64,000 nt of DNA, from NCBI GenBank assembly GCA_037132275.1, contig JBAXPK010000001.1, positions 1,369 through 65,368 on the forward strand, read 5' to 3'. The notes below the pieces were generated by a model, which ran no database searches, was not told the origin of the DNA, and saw only the letters and a program-made list of their open reading frames with translations. A program made the position numbers and the translations under genes. Source of the DNA: a bacterium. GTDB taxonomy: Bacteria > Verrucomicrobiota > Kiritimatiellia > CAIKKV01 > CAITUY01. Of the stretch, positions 28,333 to 39,531 are shown one piece after another; position 1 is the stretch's first letter, and each line of letters opens with the position of its first letter.

Positions 28333-29625
28333 TTATGAATTCCGTTTTATCAAGGCGGCATAGGCGCCATCCACGCCATCAGTGGGGGGAAATAACTTTC
28401 GTTCACGGATGAGTTCAAAGTTCAGGTGGTCTTTGAGCCATGCCATAATCAGGGATTCATCCTCCTCGGATTCCAAACTGCACGTACTGTAGACCATCCT
28501 GCCGCCGACACGAATCCGTGTGGCTGCGCCATCCAAAATCGCCCGCTGCGTTTCACAGACTTTTCCCAGCCGAATCATATCGAAACGCCAACGGGCGTCC
28601 GCCCTCCGCTGCAGTACACCCGTGTTCATACAGGGGACATCGAGCAGAATTCCATCAAATACGAGGCCCGCCAATTCCGGAACACCTGACCCACCCTGCC
28701 CGCACGCCGTCATATCCCCTTCAAACACCCGCACGCCGCCCATCCCCATCCGCTTCAGGTTATCGCCAAGAAATCCCATGCGGTCGGCATGAATATCCAT
28801 GGCCGTCAATGTGCCGCCCCCGCCCATTGCTTCGGCAATGGCCACCGTTTTTCCGCCTGGAGCGGCACAAGCATCCAAAATGCGCTCCTGCGGTTTCGGG
28901 GCCAGCATCTCGACGGCCATGATTGTGGATGGGTCTTGAACCATGAACCAACCGTCATCAAATCCGGGGAGATCTTCCACGCTTACACCACGCCCCAATG
29001 TGCAAAAACGCGCCGGATCATAGGGGTGCGGTTCGACCTTCATTCCGGCCGTCGTCACCCGGTCCCGAAAATCCGCCATCACCATACGAGTCGTGTTTAA
29101 CCGGAGAATCACCGCCGCACGCCGGTTGTTCCAGTCGCACAGGGCGACCGTTTTGGTAGTCCCGAAGGCCTCATTCCACCGTTTGACGAGGATTTCCGGA
29201 TGCGACAACCGGATGCCCGACGGCTGCCCGTTCAAGGCGGCGATCACTTGTGGCTTCTCGCGCAATACCCGTCTCAACACCGCATTGACAAAATTGGCGT
29301 CAGTCTGGGAAGCGGTCGCCTTGGCCGCAGCGACGGTTTCATTCACCGCCGCATAAGGCTCCACCGAATCCATATGCAGAATTTGATAAAGACCGACCAT
29401 CATGTGGGCGCGCAGCGGAATTCCCGGCATCTGTTTCATGCACTGCTTCAGCACCCACTCCAATTCGCGCTTCCACTTGACGATGCCGTAGACGACCTCC
29501 ATCACAAAGCCGCGATCCGCCCGAATTCTGTTCATCATCCGGTCCGGGAAATCGCCGGTTTCCATCCATCGGGCAATCATATCCGCCGCCACCGCGCGGG
29601 AGTTATTCTGCAGCACCATTTTCAT
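28333..29625 (-). CDS. rsmB: 16S rRNA (cytosine967-C5)-methyltransferase
   Basis: NusB-like N-terminal domain plus a C-terminal SAM methyltransferase (DACAAPGGKT, catalytic TCS). Confidence 0.8.
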   Translation of the reverse strand: MKMVLQNNSRAVAADMIARWMETGDFPDRMMNRIRADRGFVMEVVYGIVKWKRELEWVLKQCMKQMPGIPLRAHMMVGLYQILHMDSVEPYAAVNETVAAAKATASQTDANFVNAVLRRVLREKPQVIAALNGQPSGIRLSHPEILVKRWNEAFGTTKTVALCDWNNRRAAVILRLNTTRMVMADFRDRVTTAGMKVEPHPYDPARFCTLGRGVSVEDLPGFDDGWFMVQDPSTIMAVEMLAPKPQERILDACAAPGGKTVAIAEAMGGGGTLTAMDIHADRMGFLGDNLKRMGMGGVRVFEGDMTACGQGGSGVPELAGLVFDGILLDVPCMNTGVLQRRADARWRFDMIRLGKVCETQRAILDGAATRIRVGGRMVYSTCSLESEEDESLIMAWLKDHLNFELIRERKLFPPTDGVDGAYAALIKRNS

Positions 29626-29655
29626 TTTATCCTTCCACATCTCACCTCTAACACT

Positions 29656-30705
29656 TCACGTCCCAATTTTCAGGTTTCTGCGCCGCAACTGCCCGCACGC
29701 CGCGTCAATCGCCCCGCCTTTTGAAACCCGGTACGTGGCGTTCACCCCGACTTTTCCCAGAACTTCTTTAAAAATTCCAGAGGTGCCATCCAGCGGCGGC
29801 TGCCCTTCAAACCCGTCCACCGGGCTTAACGGGATCAGATTCACGCGACAGGAAAGCCCTTTTAGCAGTTTGGCCAACTGCACCGCATGGTCGCGGGTAT
29901 CGTTTACGCCCCGAATCAATGTGTACTCATACGTGACAATCCGCCCGGAGGCGGCCGTATGACGGGCACAGGCTTCAATCAAGGCCTCCACCGGATAACG
30001 CTGATTCACCGGCATCAACCGGTTTCGCAATTCATTGTTGGGCGCATGCAGGGAAACCGAGAGTTCCACCTGCAACCCCTCGCCCGCCAGACGGTCTATA
30101 GCCGGAATAATCCCGCTGGTACTGATCGTGATGTGGCGAATCCCGATATTCAGTCCCTTCCCGTCGTTCATGATCCGGATGGCTTTGATCACCGCATCAT
30201 AGTTGTCGAACGGCTCACCCATTCCCATGAAAACGATATTGGTGGGACGGTCGCCGTATTCCTCCCAGGCTAACAGCAACTCCTCCACAATCTCGCCCGC
30301 CTCAAGATTACGGATCCAGCCGCCCTTGCCACTCGCGCAGAAGGCACAGGCAAACTTACACCCCACCTGACTTGACACACAAACCGTGCGACGCTCCCGG
30401 GCGGGAATCAATACTTCTTCGACACATTCCCCGTCACGAAGCCCTACCAGGATCTTTCTCGTTCCCGTGTGTTCGCCATCCTGTTTCAAGTGATTCACGG
30501 AAACCAATTCATACCGTTCCGCGAGGGCGTCACGAAGCGCGGCCGGCACATTTTTCATCGCCTCCCATGTCGCCACATGCTGCCGATAGAGCCAGTCCCA
30601 CACTTGCCCGGCACGATAGGCCGGATGACCCAATGCCTTGCAAACTTCGATCAACTCGCTCCGCAGGAGACCATGAATCAAACCTCTGGAATTCTCATCG
30701 TTCAT
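29656..30705 (-). CDS. rlmN: 23S rRNA/tRNA (adenine-C2)-methyltransferase, radical SAM
   Basis: CVSSQVGCKFACAFCASG radical-SAM cluster motif and MGMGEP. Confidence 0.9.
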   Translation of the reverse strand: MNDENSRGLIHGLLRSELIEVCKALGHPAYRAGQVWDWLYRQHVATWEAMKNVPAALRDALAERYELVSVNHLKQDGEHTGTRKILVGLRDGECVEEVLIPARERRTVCVSSQVGCKFACAFCASGKGGWIRNLEAGEIVEELLLAWEEYGDRPTNIVFMGMGEPFDNYDAVIKAIRIMNDGKGLNIGIRHITISTSGIIPAIDRLAGEGLQVELSVSLHAPNNELRNRLMPVNQRYPVEALIEACARHTAASGRIVTYEYTLIRGVNDTRDHAVQLAKLLKGLSCRVNLIPLSPVDGFEGQPPLDGTSGIFKEVLGKVGVNATYRVSKGGAIDAACGQLRRRNLKIGT

Positions 30706-32321
30706 AATTCATCAGAAACCAACTCAACTTTTCCCAAGATCTTTTTTCGCATCATCTTCACAATGTAATGGGTTTCATGAATCCGGAAAACGAGCGTCAG
30801 CCCGAAATACACCAGGCTGGCGATGGCAATCTCCAAGAGCAAAGCCATGACCAGCCAGAAGGGACTCTGGCCATATCCAGCCAGCCAGCGCTTGAGAAGC
30901 CACGCCGTGATTCCGCAAGCCAATGCCGCCAGCCCGATCAACGAACCGAATCGCGCCCAATCACGCAGGCGTCCGAACTTCACGTCCCGCCGCAAATACA
31001 GGGCCAATTGCACGAAATTCAGTATGGCGACACAACTGGTTGTAACGGCCAACCCGACATGCCCCATGTGAAACACTTTCATCAGAACCAGGTTCAAAAC
31101 AAGGCATATTCCAATCCCCACCAGGCTGACATTCAAGGGTGTACGCCGACGATCCAGCGCATAGAAACACGGGGTCAGCACCTTGATGGCAGCATACGCG
31201 GATAACCCAATGGCATAGGCACGCAGTGCCGACGCCGTGGCCGCCGTCGACGCGGCTGTAAACTTGAAGTGTTCATAGATAGCCCGAATTATTTCCGGAG
31301 CCAGCACGGCAAGCCCCACCGCCGCCGGGATTGTCAAAAAGAGAGCCAATCGCAGCGCCTCCTCAATGGTCTTCCCGGCTTCCCGCATCTCGCCCCGGGC
31401 GTGCAGACGCGCCACCGCCGGCAACGTCACCGTGGCGATCGCCACGCCAAACACCCCAATCGGGAATTGCATGAGCCGGAACGCGCAATAAAGCCATGAC
31501 CGCGCACCATCGATCTCGGAAGCAAAGATTCCGTTGATCAAGACGTTTACCTGCACCGCCGAACCCGCGATCATGCTCGGCCAGGCCAGCGCCCAAACCT
31601 GTCTCAACCGGGGATCACTAAAATCCAGATGCCAATGGAAGCGGTAGCCTTGTTTCCACAAGGCAGGCAACTGCATACCCAGTTGGGCCAGTCCCCCCAA
31701 CATCACGCCCAGAGACACCCCATAGAGCGCCCGCTCCGAAAAGTGAGGATGCCGCCAGTCGCTCTGGGGATCAAAGCCGTAAGCCAGCGCCACGCTGCTG
31801 ATCACCGACACCAGGTTAAACACCGTCGAAGCCGAGGCGGGAAGCCCGAAAATAAACCGGGCATTCAGGATTCCCATCACCACGGACGCCAGCGAAACCA
31901 GCATGATAAACGGAAACAGGATTCTTGTAAGGCTGACCGTCAGTTCAAACTTACCCGGCACCTGATGAAAGCCGAAATTAGTGATCTGGACCAGCAACGG
32001 ACTCGCCGCTATACCGATGACGCAGATCAATCCCATGAACAGGATCAAAGCGCTGAACAGGAGACTGGCCAGATGCCAGGCCGGAGGCTCCCCTTCCTTT
32101 TCCAAGGTTTTTGCAAAAACCGTGGTAAAGGCGGTGGACAGCGCTCCCTCGGCAAACAAATCCCGCAATAGGTTGGGAATCTGGAAGGCGGCCAAAAAGG
32201 AGTCCAAAAACTTCCCGGCATTAAACATCCCGGCAATCACAACCTCACGGACAAGCCCCAGAATACGGGACCCCATCACGGCGAGGCCGACAATTCCGGC
32301 AGCTTTTCGGCGATCAGTCAT
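30702..32321 (-). CDS. murJ: Lipid II flippase
   Basis: 539 aa MviN/MurJ family, 14 predicted TM segments. 4-nt overlap with rlmN. Confidence 0.9.
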   Translation of the reverse strand: MTDRRKAAGIVGLAVMGSRILGLVREVVIAGMFNAGKFLDSFLAAFQIPNLLRDLFAEGALSTAFTTVFAKTLEKEGEPPAWHLASLLFSALILFMGLICVIGIAASPLLVQITNFGFHQVPGKFELTVSLTRILFPFIMLVSLASVVMGILNARFIFGLPASASTVFNLVSVISSVALAYGFDPQSDWRHPHFSERALYGVSLGVMLGGLAQLGMQLPALWKQGYRFHWHLDFSDPRLRQVWALAWPSMIAGSAVQVNVLINGIFASEIDGARSWLYCAFRLMQFPIGVFGVAIATVTLPAVARLHARGEMREAGKTIEEALRLALFLTIPAAVGLAVLAPEIIRAIYEHFKFTAASTAATASALRAYAIGLSAYAAIKVLTPCFYALDRRRTPLNVSLVGIGICLVLNLVLMKVFHMGHVGLAVTTSCVAILNFVQLALYLRRDVKFGRLRDWARFGSLIGLAALACGITAWLLKRWLAGYGQSPFWLVMALLLEIAIASLVYFGLTLVFRIHETHYIVKMMRKKILGKVELVSDEL

Positions 32322-32341
32322 AAATCTTTAGGATTGCAGCG

Positions 32342-32929
32342 TTATCCAAACCGGGTTGACCAAGCCAGGGCGCGCCGAAGAACAACCTCCTCGGTTTTTA
32401 CCCGGCTCTTTACCTTTTCAAGGCGGTTGTCGTAGGCAGCCATCACGCGCTTGGCATCCTGCCCCATCTCCGCTCCTGAAAAGAGTTCGCCATGTGCTCC
32501 CCTGAAATCAAGATGAAACTGCACGCCGCCTTCCGTGATGGAGCCGCCCATGTCCTGGTTAGTGAGAAGCAACCGATTGACGCTCTCCTCATTCCGGCCA
32601 CATTGGTCCAGATACCAGGTGGGCGACAGGCTCAGGGTATCGATTCGGAGAAAACGAAGGATTCGCTTCTCCGCCTCAAACAATTCGGCTATATCCTCCA
32701 AGGGAACTGAAAAAGCCCGCAGGATGATAATGGTTTCGAGGAAAAGGAGATAGGCGCTGGAATAGCCCTCCACCTCTTTCGGGACGTAAAGGCCCAGCTT
32801 GATTTGAAGGTTGCGGATATAATGGGGCGAACGGCCCATTCTGCGACACAATTGAGAAAATGTCAGGCGCTCCGCATGGGGTTCCTGATAAGCGCCTCCT
32901 CGAAGGGATGCATCCATCACTTGTTCCAT
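32342..32929 (-). CDS. Hypothetical protein with an N-terminal MerR-like helix-turn-helix
   Basis: LTFSQLCRRMGRSPHYIRNLQIKLGL resembles a MerR HTH. The rest has no recognisable family. Lower GC. Confidence 0.35.
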   Translation of the reverse strand: MEQVMDASLRGGAYQEPHAERLTFSQLCRRMGRSPHYIRNLQIKLGLYVPKEVEGYSSAYLLFLETIIILRAFSVPLEDIAELFEAEKRILRFLRIDTLSLSPTWYLDQCGRNEESVNRLLLTNQDMGGSITEGGVQFHLDFRGAHGELFSGAEMGQDAKRVMAAYDNRLEKVKSRVKTEEVVLRRALAWSTRFG

Positions 32930-33315
32930 GATTTCAACACCTTCTTTAAATCAGTCTCACGATACTCGTCCTCATCCCATTCATCCCCCGAAAGAAGTCC
33001 TTTTCGCGACAATTTCAGACAGTAGGCGCTCGCGTCCAGCCATTCACCGTTTTCGGCTTCCACGGAAACTTCCTCCCGTTCAAACCGTTTGCCTTGAAAG
33101 GCATCCAGTCGTATCAGAGACTCTTTATCCACATCAAAATACACAACGCCATCCACCACCCGATCCGGGAAAGGAATCATGGCCGACTGACCTTCATCCT
33201 TGAGTTTGAACTGGGCATATCCGCGCAATAAACCGGATTGGGCGGGAAACGTTTTCCCGGCCACCGCCTTTATCAAATCCCTGAACATCAGGGGGCCTGA
33301 CACAAAAAGATTCAT
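32917..33315 (-). CDS. Gamma-glutamylcyclotransferase-like (AIG2/GGCT family) protein
   Basis: MNLFVSGPLM... N-terminus and size typical of the GGCT fold. Confidence 0.65.
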   Translation of the reverse strand: MNLFVSGPLMFRDLIKAVAGKTFPAQSGLLRGYAQFKLKDEGQSAMIPFPDRVVDGVVYFDVDKESLIRLDAFQGKRFEREEVSVEAENGEWLDASAYCLKLSRKGLLSGDEWDEDEYRETDLKKVLKSWNK

Positions 33316-33890
33316 GAGTGGAAAGCGGTTTCAACATGTTCAAGAATGATATGCAGGATCACCTGATGCGCCTCCTGGACGCGGGCGGTCTCCTGCCCCG
33401 GAACAATAATCTGCCAGGTTCCCTTCCCAGCCAGTTTTCCGCCCCCATGTCCGAGCAGGCAAAGGGTCTTCATGCCCTTTTTGTGGGCGGCGTCGAGCGC
33501 CAGAACAATATTTTCCGAATTACCGCTGGAACTGAACAACACGAGAATATCACCGGGATGACCCAGTCCCTCAATCTGGCGGCTGAAGACAGCATTGAAT
33601 CCGAAATCATTCGCAATACAGGTCAGCGCGGTCGCATCCGCTGCCAGCGCGATCCCCGGCAACGCCACACGATTTGACTTGAATCGGCCAATCAGTTCCT
33701 CGGCCATATGCATGGCCTCGGCGGCGCTTCCGCCATTTCCGGCCGTGAGCACTTTGCGGCCCGATTTGAGGGCGGCCACAATCCCTTCCGCGGCCGCCGC
33801 AATCGCCGCCGAATCCGCAACCATGGATTCTATCGTCCGCGCACTGTCGTTCAGACTTTTTTCAACAAGTTGTTTTGTATTCATAGGCAT
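33312..33890 (-). CDS. gmhA: SIS-domain phosphoheptose isomerase
   Basis: 192 aa SIS domain (GNGGSAAEA...FSSSGNS). Confidence 0.75.
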   Translation of the reverse strand: MPMNTKQLVEKSLNDSARTIESMVADSAAIAAAAEGIVAALKSGRKVLTAGNGGSAAEAMHMAEELIGRFKSNRVALPGIALAADATALTCIANDFGFNAVFSRQIEGLGHPGDILVLFSSSGNSENIVLALDAAHKKGMKTLCLLGHGGGKLAGKGTWQIIVPGQETARVQEAHQVILHIILEHVETAFHS

Positions 33891-33896
33891 GCGTAT

Positions 33897-35678
33897 TTAT
33901 GGCCTTTTCTCTTCCTCTAGTCGATAATACTTACTCAACCCTAGAGGGAAATCGTGCGGCTTGAAGTTCTTGAGCCAAGGCTGCTTGAGCGTCACCGACA
34001 AGGAATGGTGCATGAATAACCAGGGACAGTCGGTCTTCACAATCTGCTCCATCTGTGCATAAACCCGGCGCTTTTCAAGCCCTTCCGGCAGCGTGGCTGC
34101 CTTTTCATACAGGCGGTCAAATTCGGGGTTCTGATAATTACATCGATTCGCACCTGGCGTTATATTAGGACCGTAAAAAAGCTGAAGAAAATTTTCGGGA
34201 TCGGGATAGTCCGCCATCCAACTTAAGCAAAACAACTGGGCACGCTTTTGTTCAATTTTTTTCAAAAAAGACGGCCAATTGTTAAAGCTCGGGATCAAGA
34301 CAACACCCATGGGATCCATGAAGGAAGCCAGCACCTCCGCCATTTCCCGTGTCTCGGAGTCACCGGAACCCAGTTCCAGCGTCAACTCGAGGCGCCGACC
34401 GGTTGCCGGATCTTTTCCGCCGGGATACCCCGCTTTCGCCAAAAGATCGCGCGCCCGCACGAGATCGAAGGGAAAAAGAGTGGCGTTGGTCTCCGCCACA
34501 CTCATGGCCGGTGGAATCGGCCCAACGGCAGGGGTCACCCGACCGTTCTGAAAACGCACCCAACGCTCCCTGTCAAACGCCGCCAGCATGGCTTGCCGGA
34601 GAAACCGGTTCCCTCCCACCACTGGATCCTCCATATTGAACCCGATGTACATTGTATCCAATGATGGCATGGCATCCATCACAATGCCCCGCGCCGTCAT
34701 GGCCGGCGTCAATTTCCTGTCAGGCGTCACCACGGCATCCCAATTATCACGTGACAAAGCGGTCGCCTCTAATTTTCCCGACATGAATAGCAACCATTGC
34801 GTTGAGGGGTCGGTAATCACGTACTGCACAATCCGGTCAATAAACGGAAGTGCCTTTCCGGCATCGTGCATCAGCCCCCCCGTTTCATCGTCAGATGTGC
34901 CCGTCGCCGGATAAAGTTCCACTCGTCCCGTCTCCCGCCATTTCGGATTACGCACAAACTCAAGACGATAGTTATGAACATGCGACTTCAGGATATAGGG
35001 TCCCGTCCCCACAGGATGTGACACAAAATCATCGCCGTAATAATCCACAGCCTCGCGGGGCACGGCATAGCCATAATTCATGGTCAGAATCCAAAGCAGG
35101 GCGGGAAAGGGCCGCACCAGATGAATGCGGAGCGTATAACGGTCCGGCGCTTCCAACCCCTCCACCGGCGCATCGTAGTCTGCCGGCACGCTCGCAGACC
35201 GATCCCTGAATTCGTCAAGACCGACAATTCGATCCCGGAACGCCCAATATCCCGGGGATCCCACCCTCATATCCGCCACGCGTTTTATGCCGTACACCAA
35301 GTCGGCAGCACACAATTCACGCCCTTTCCCCGAACTGCGTTCGAAGCAGGGATCGTCCTGAAAATATATACCTTTACGAATTTTGAAGGTATAGAGGGTT
35401 CCCTCGCGAGAGATCTCCGGCATGGCTTCGGCCAGACAAGGTTCAACCCTGTAGGGACGGTCAAGATAGGCGTACTGAACCAGACCCTCATAAATCTTGC
35501 TCATGGCTTGGATGGACGGGAGATCCATCGCCTTGGCGGGGTCAAACCCGGCGATGCGTTTTGTTTCACTGCAATAAACAGACTCGGCACTGGCCCAGGC
35601 AACAGGGCATAGGTACGCAAAAAACAAAAGGGCTCCCCCTGGTAAAATCCAGAGAAAGCCCTTGGTAGGTCTTAGCAC
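33897..35678 (-). CDS. ABC transporter substrate-binding protein, family 5 (oligopeptide/nickel type)
   Basis: 593 aa with a signal peptide and SBP_bac_5-like architecture. Confidence 0.75.
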   Translation of the reverse strand: MLRPTKGFLWILPGGALLFFAYLCPVAWASAESVYCSETKRIAGFDPAKAMDLPSIQAMSKIYEGLVQYAYLDRPYRVEPCLAEAMPEISREGTLYTFKIRKGIYFQDDPCFERSSGKGRELCAADLVYGIKRVADMRVGSPGYWAFRDRIVGLDEFRDRSASVPADYDAPVEGLEAPDRYTLRIHLVRPFPALLWILTMNYGYAVPREAVDYYGDDFVSHPVGTGPYILKSHVHNYRLEFVRNPKWRETGRVELYPATGTSDDETGGLMHDAGKALPFIDRIVQYVITDPSTQWLLFMSGKLEATALSRDNWDAVVTPDRKLTPAMTARGIVMDAMPSLDTMYIGFNMEDPVVGGNRFLRQAMLAAFDRERWVRFQNGRVTPAVGPIPPAMSVAETNATLFPFDLVRARDLLAKAGYPGGKDPATGRRLELTLELGSGDSETREMAEVLASFMDPMGVVLIPSFNNWPSFLKKIEQKRAQLFCLSWMADYPDPENFLQLFYGPNITPGANRCNYQNPEFDRLYEKAATLPEGLEKRRVYAQMEQIVKTDCPWLFMHHSLSVTLKQPWLKNFKPHDFPLGLSKYYRLEEEKRP

Positions 35679-35707
35679 AACACTTCATCCCTCCGTAGCC
35701 CAGATGA

Positions 35708-36106
35708 TCAGGGCGTAGCCGTCGCCGGCACCGACGCCGGTGCTGGAGCGGGAATTGCATCGCCACTCGCCGCGGGAATTGCCAACGGTGACGGTTGGGC
35801 AGGGACATTCTGCGCAGGAATTTCCCTTCCTACAGGAAGACGATCAATCACCGAACCGCTAGCCATCCGGCCGGACGCCATATAGCCAATGGCCAAAGTA
35901 TCCGCCAGAAAGATAATAGCCAAGGTCACCGTAATTTTCGTCAGCACATTTCCGGCACGGGAACCGAACAGAGTTTCCCCAACGCCGGCGCCGAATGCCA
36001 AACCAAGTCCCTCGTCCTTAGTCTTCTGGAGCAGGATAATCCCAATCAGCAAAAGCGCCGTGACAATCTCAATAAAAATCAAAAAGCCGTATAAAAATCC
36101 ACCCAT
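35708..36106 (-). CDS. secG: Preprotein translocase subunit SecG
   Basis: Two TM helices, LLQ..K...G motif and a Pro/Ala-rich tail. Confidence 0.8.
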   Translation of the reverse strand: MGGFLYGFLIFIEIVTALLLIGIILLQKTKDEGLGLAFGAGVGETLFGSRAGNVLTKITVTLAIIFLADTLAIGYMASGRMASGSVIDRLPVGREIPAQNVPAQPSPLAIPAASGDAIPAPAPASVPATATP

Positions 36107-36141
36107 AGTTCACCTTCCATTCATGACTTCAATGCCCTGTT

Positions 36142-36897
36142 TCAGACCGCCGCTTCAACAATGGCAATAAACGAGGCGGCATCCAAGGCCGCCCCACCAA
36201 TCAGTCCGCCGTCGATATCCGGCTGTGACATCAATTCCTTGGCATTGGCCGGCTTCATACTGCCACCGTACTGAATCCGAACCGCCTGCGCCGCTCCGGG
36301 ATTGCACATTTTGGCGAGCACCTTGCGGATCAACGCATGAACCTCCTGTGCCTGTACCGGGCTGGCCGTGCGACCGGTACCGATCGCCCACACTGGCTCA
36401 TACGCCACCACAATACGACGGAAGCTGGTTTCATCCAGGCCGGCTAGACTCTTGGTCACCTGGGTGGTCACCACATCATCCGTCTGGTTCGCTTCACGCT
36501 GCTCCAACGTTTCTCCAACGCATACGATCGGTGTCAGGTTGGCCGCCAGCGCAGCTTTGACCTTGCGGCTCACGGAGGCATCAGTCTCGCCGAAAAACTG
36601 CCGCCGCTCACTGTGGCCCAGAATCACATACTGGCAGCCCAGGTCACGAAGCATGTCCGCCGAAATCTCGCCGGTAAACGCCCCGTCCTTTTCCCAATGC
36701 ATATTCTGGGCGCCCAGTTTGACTTGAGTCCCCGTAATGACGTCCGCCACAGTTTTCAGAGCCGTAAACGTTGGACATAACACAACCTCAACATCCGTTC
36801 GGTCGGCCAATTTTCCCTTCAGGGCGGCGGCCAATTCGGAAGCCTGCCCCGTCAGTTTGTTCATTTTCCAATTACCGGCTATGATTTTTTTGCGCAT
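36142..36897 (-). CDS. tpiA: Triose-phosphate isomerase
   Basis: [14 protein letters not shown] and [11 protein letters not shown] motifs. Start set at [13 protein letters not shown]. Confidence 0.9.
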   Translation of the reverse strand: MRKKIIAGNWKMNKLTGQASELAAALKGKLADRTDVEVVLCPTFTALKTVADVITGTQVKLGAQNMHWEKDGAFTGEISADMLRDLGCQYVILGHSERRQFFGETDASVSRKVKAALAANLTPIVCVGETLEQREANQTDDVVTTQVTKSLAGLDETSFRRIVVAYEPVWAIGTGRTASPVQAQEVHALIRKVLAKMCNPGAAQAVRIQYGGSMKPANAKELMSQPDIDGGLIGGAALDAASFIAIVEAAV

Positions 36898-36947
36898 CGT
36901 GTGAATCCACAATCTAGGGTATATAGGGTTAGGGTCAAGATCTGTTT

Positions 36948-38195
36948 TTACTTATCACTCAAAGCGGCCACACCGGGGAGTACCTTGCCCTCAAGAAACT
37001 CCAGACTGGCGCCGCCACCGGTCGAACAATGAGTCACCTTGTCGACAACCTTGAACTTCTTGGCTGCCGTGGCGGTATCTCCGCCGCCGACCACCGTGAT
37101 CGCCCCTGACGCGGTCGCCTTGGCAATCGCATCGGCCATCACCTTCGTTCCGGTCGCAAATTTCTCCATTTCAAACACCCCGGCAGGCCCATTCCAGACA
37201 ATCGTCCGGGCACGGGCAATGGCGTCACAGAAGATGGCGTTTGACTTCGGGCCCACATCCAAACCCAACCAACCGACCTTGATCCCCGAGGCATCATCAG
37301 CGGCCATGACTGCCGCATCGTCGGCAAATTTGTCTCCACAGATATAATCGACCGGCAGGTGGATCTTCACCCCTTTTGAGGCCGCCTTGGTCATCAGGTC
37401 CTTCACCATTTTCGCGCCTTCCGGATCGAAAAGGCTGGAGCCAATCTCCATATTGTTCAAGATTTTCTTGAAGGTAAACGCCATGCCGCCGCCGATAATG
37501 ATCTCATCAGCCGTATCAAGCAGGTTATTGATCAATGGGATCTTGTCCGCAATCTTGGCACCGCCCAGAATGGCCAGTAGCGGCCTCTTGGGGTTATTGA
37601 GCACCGCCGTGAAGGCGGTCAATTCGGCTTCCATCAGAAACCCGGAAACCTTTTCGGGCAGATTCACGCCCACCATCGAGGAGTGCGCACGATGCGCCGT
37701 TCCGAAGGCATCGTTCACATATACATCGCCGAGTTTACTGAGACTGGCACGAAACGCCTCAACGGCTTTGGGATCGGCCTTGATTGACGTTCCATCCTCG
37801 TTCTTGACCTTGCCCTCTTCCTCGATATGGAAGCGGAGGTTCTCCAGCAGAATCACATCACCGGGTTTGATGGCGCCGGGAGCACACGCGGCCTCAATGG
37901 CAGGGCCGACACAGTCAGGAAGGAACTTAACGGGCTTGCCCAAAAGTTTTTCCAACGCCTCAGCCACAGGCTTCAGGGAATACTTGGCGATAACTTTGCC
38001 GTCGGGGCGTCCCAGATGACTCATCAGCACCACGGAAGCACCCTTGTCCAAAACATACTTGATGGTTGGCAGGGCTGCCTCGATGCGCTTGGTGTTCGAT
38101 ATCGCGCCAGTTGCCTTGTCTTGCGGTACGTTGAAATCCACGCGCATGATCACGCGTTTCCCCTTCAGGTCTACATCACGCACGGTCTTCTTCAT
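36948..38195 (-). CDS. pgk: Phosphoglycerate kinase
   Basis: RVDFNVP, LENLRFH and GGGASLE motifs. Confidence 0.9.
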   Translation of the reverse strand: MKKTVRDVDLKGKRVIMRVDFNVPQDKATGAISNTKRIEAALPTIKYVLDKGASVVLMSHLGRPDGKVIAKYSLKPVAEALEKLLGKPVKFLPDCVGPAIEAACAPGAIKPGDVILLENLRFHIEEEGKVKNEDGTSIKADPKAVEAFRASLSKLGDVYVNDAFGTAHRAHSSMVGVNLPEKVSGFLMEAELTAFTAVLNNPKRPLLAILGGAKIADKIPLINNLLDTADEIIIGGGMAFTFKKILNNMEIGSSLFDPEGAKMVKDLMTKAASKGVKIHLPVDYICGDKFADDAAVMAADDASGIKVGWLGLDVGPKSNAIFCDAIARARTIVWNGPAGVFEMEKFATGTKVMADAIAKATASGAITVVGGGDTATAAKKFKVVDKVTHCSTGGGASLEFLEGKVLPGVAALSDK

Positions 38196-38230
38196 GAGTT
38201 TGTCTCCCAATAAAGTCAAAAAAGAAGTTA

Positions 38231-38285
38231 GGCTGTAAACTGCAGGCTGTAGTTATTTCGCTACAGCCTGTCACCCTACAGCCTG
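38231..38285. repeat. Intergenic inverted and direct repeat cluster between gap and pgk
   Basis: GGCTGTA at 38231 and 38245, CTACAGCC at 38261 and 38276. CAGGCTGTAG-ttatttcg-CTACAGCCTG is a perfect 10-bp stem. Confidence 0.5.
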
Positions 38286-38303
38286 ACAGTCTACTCGAAC
38301 GAC

Positions 38304-39488
<1,185 letters not shown>

Positions 39489-39531
39489 TCAACACTTGAC
39501 TTGCCTTCACACTATCGTCACTTTGTTGTGC

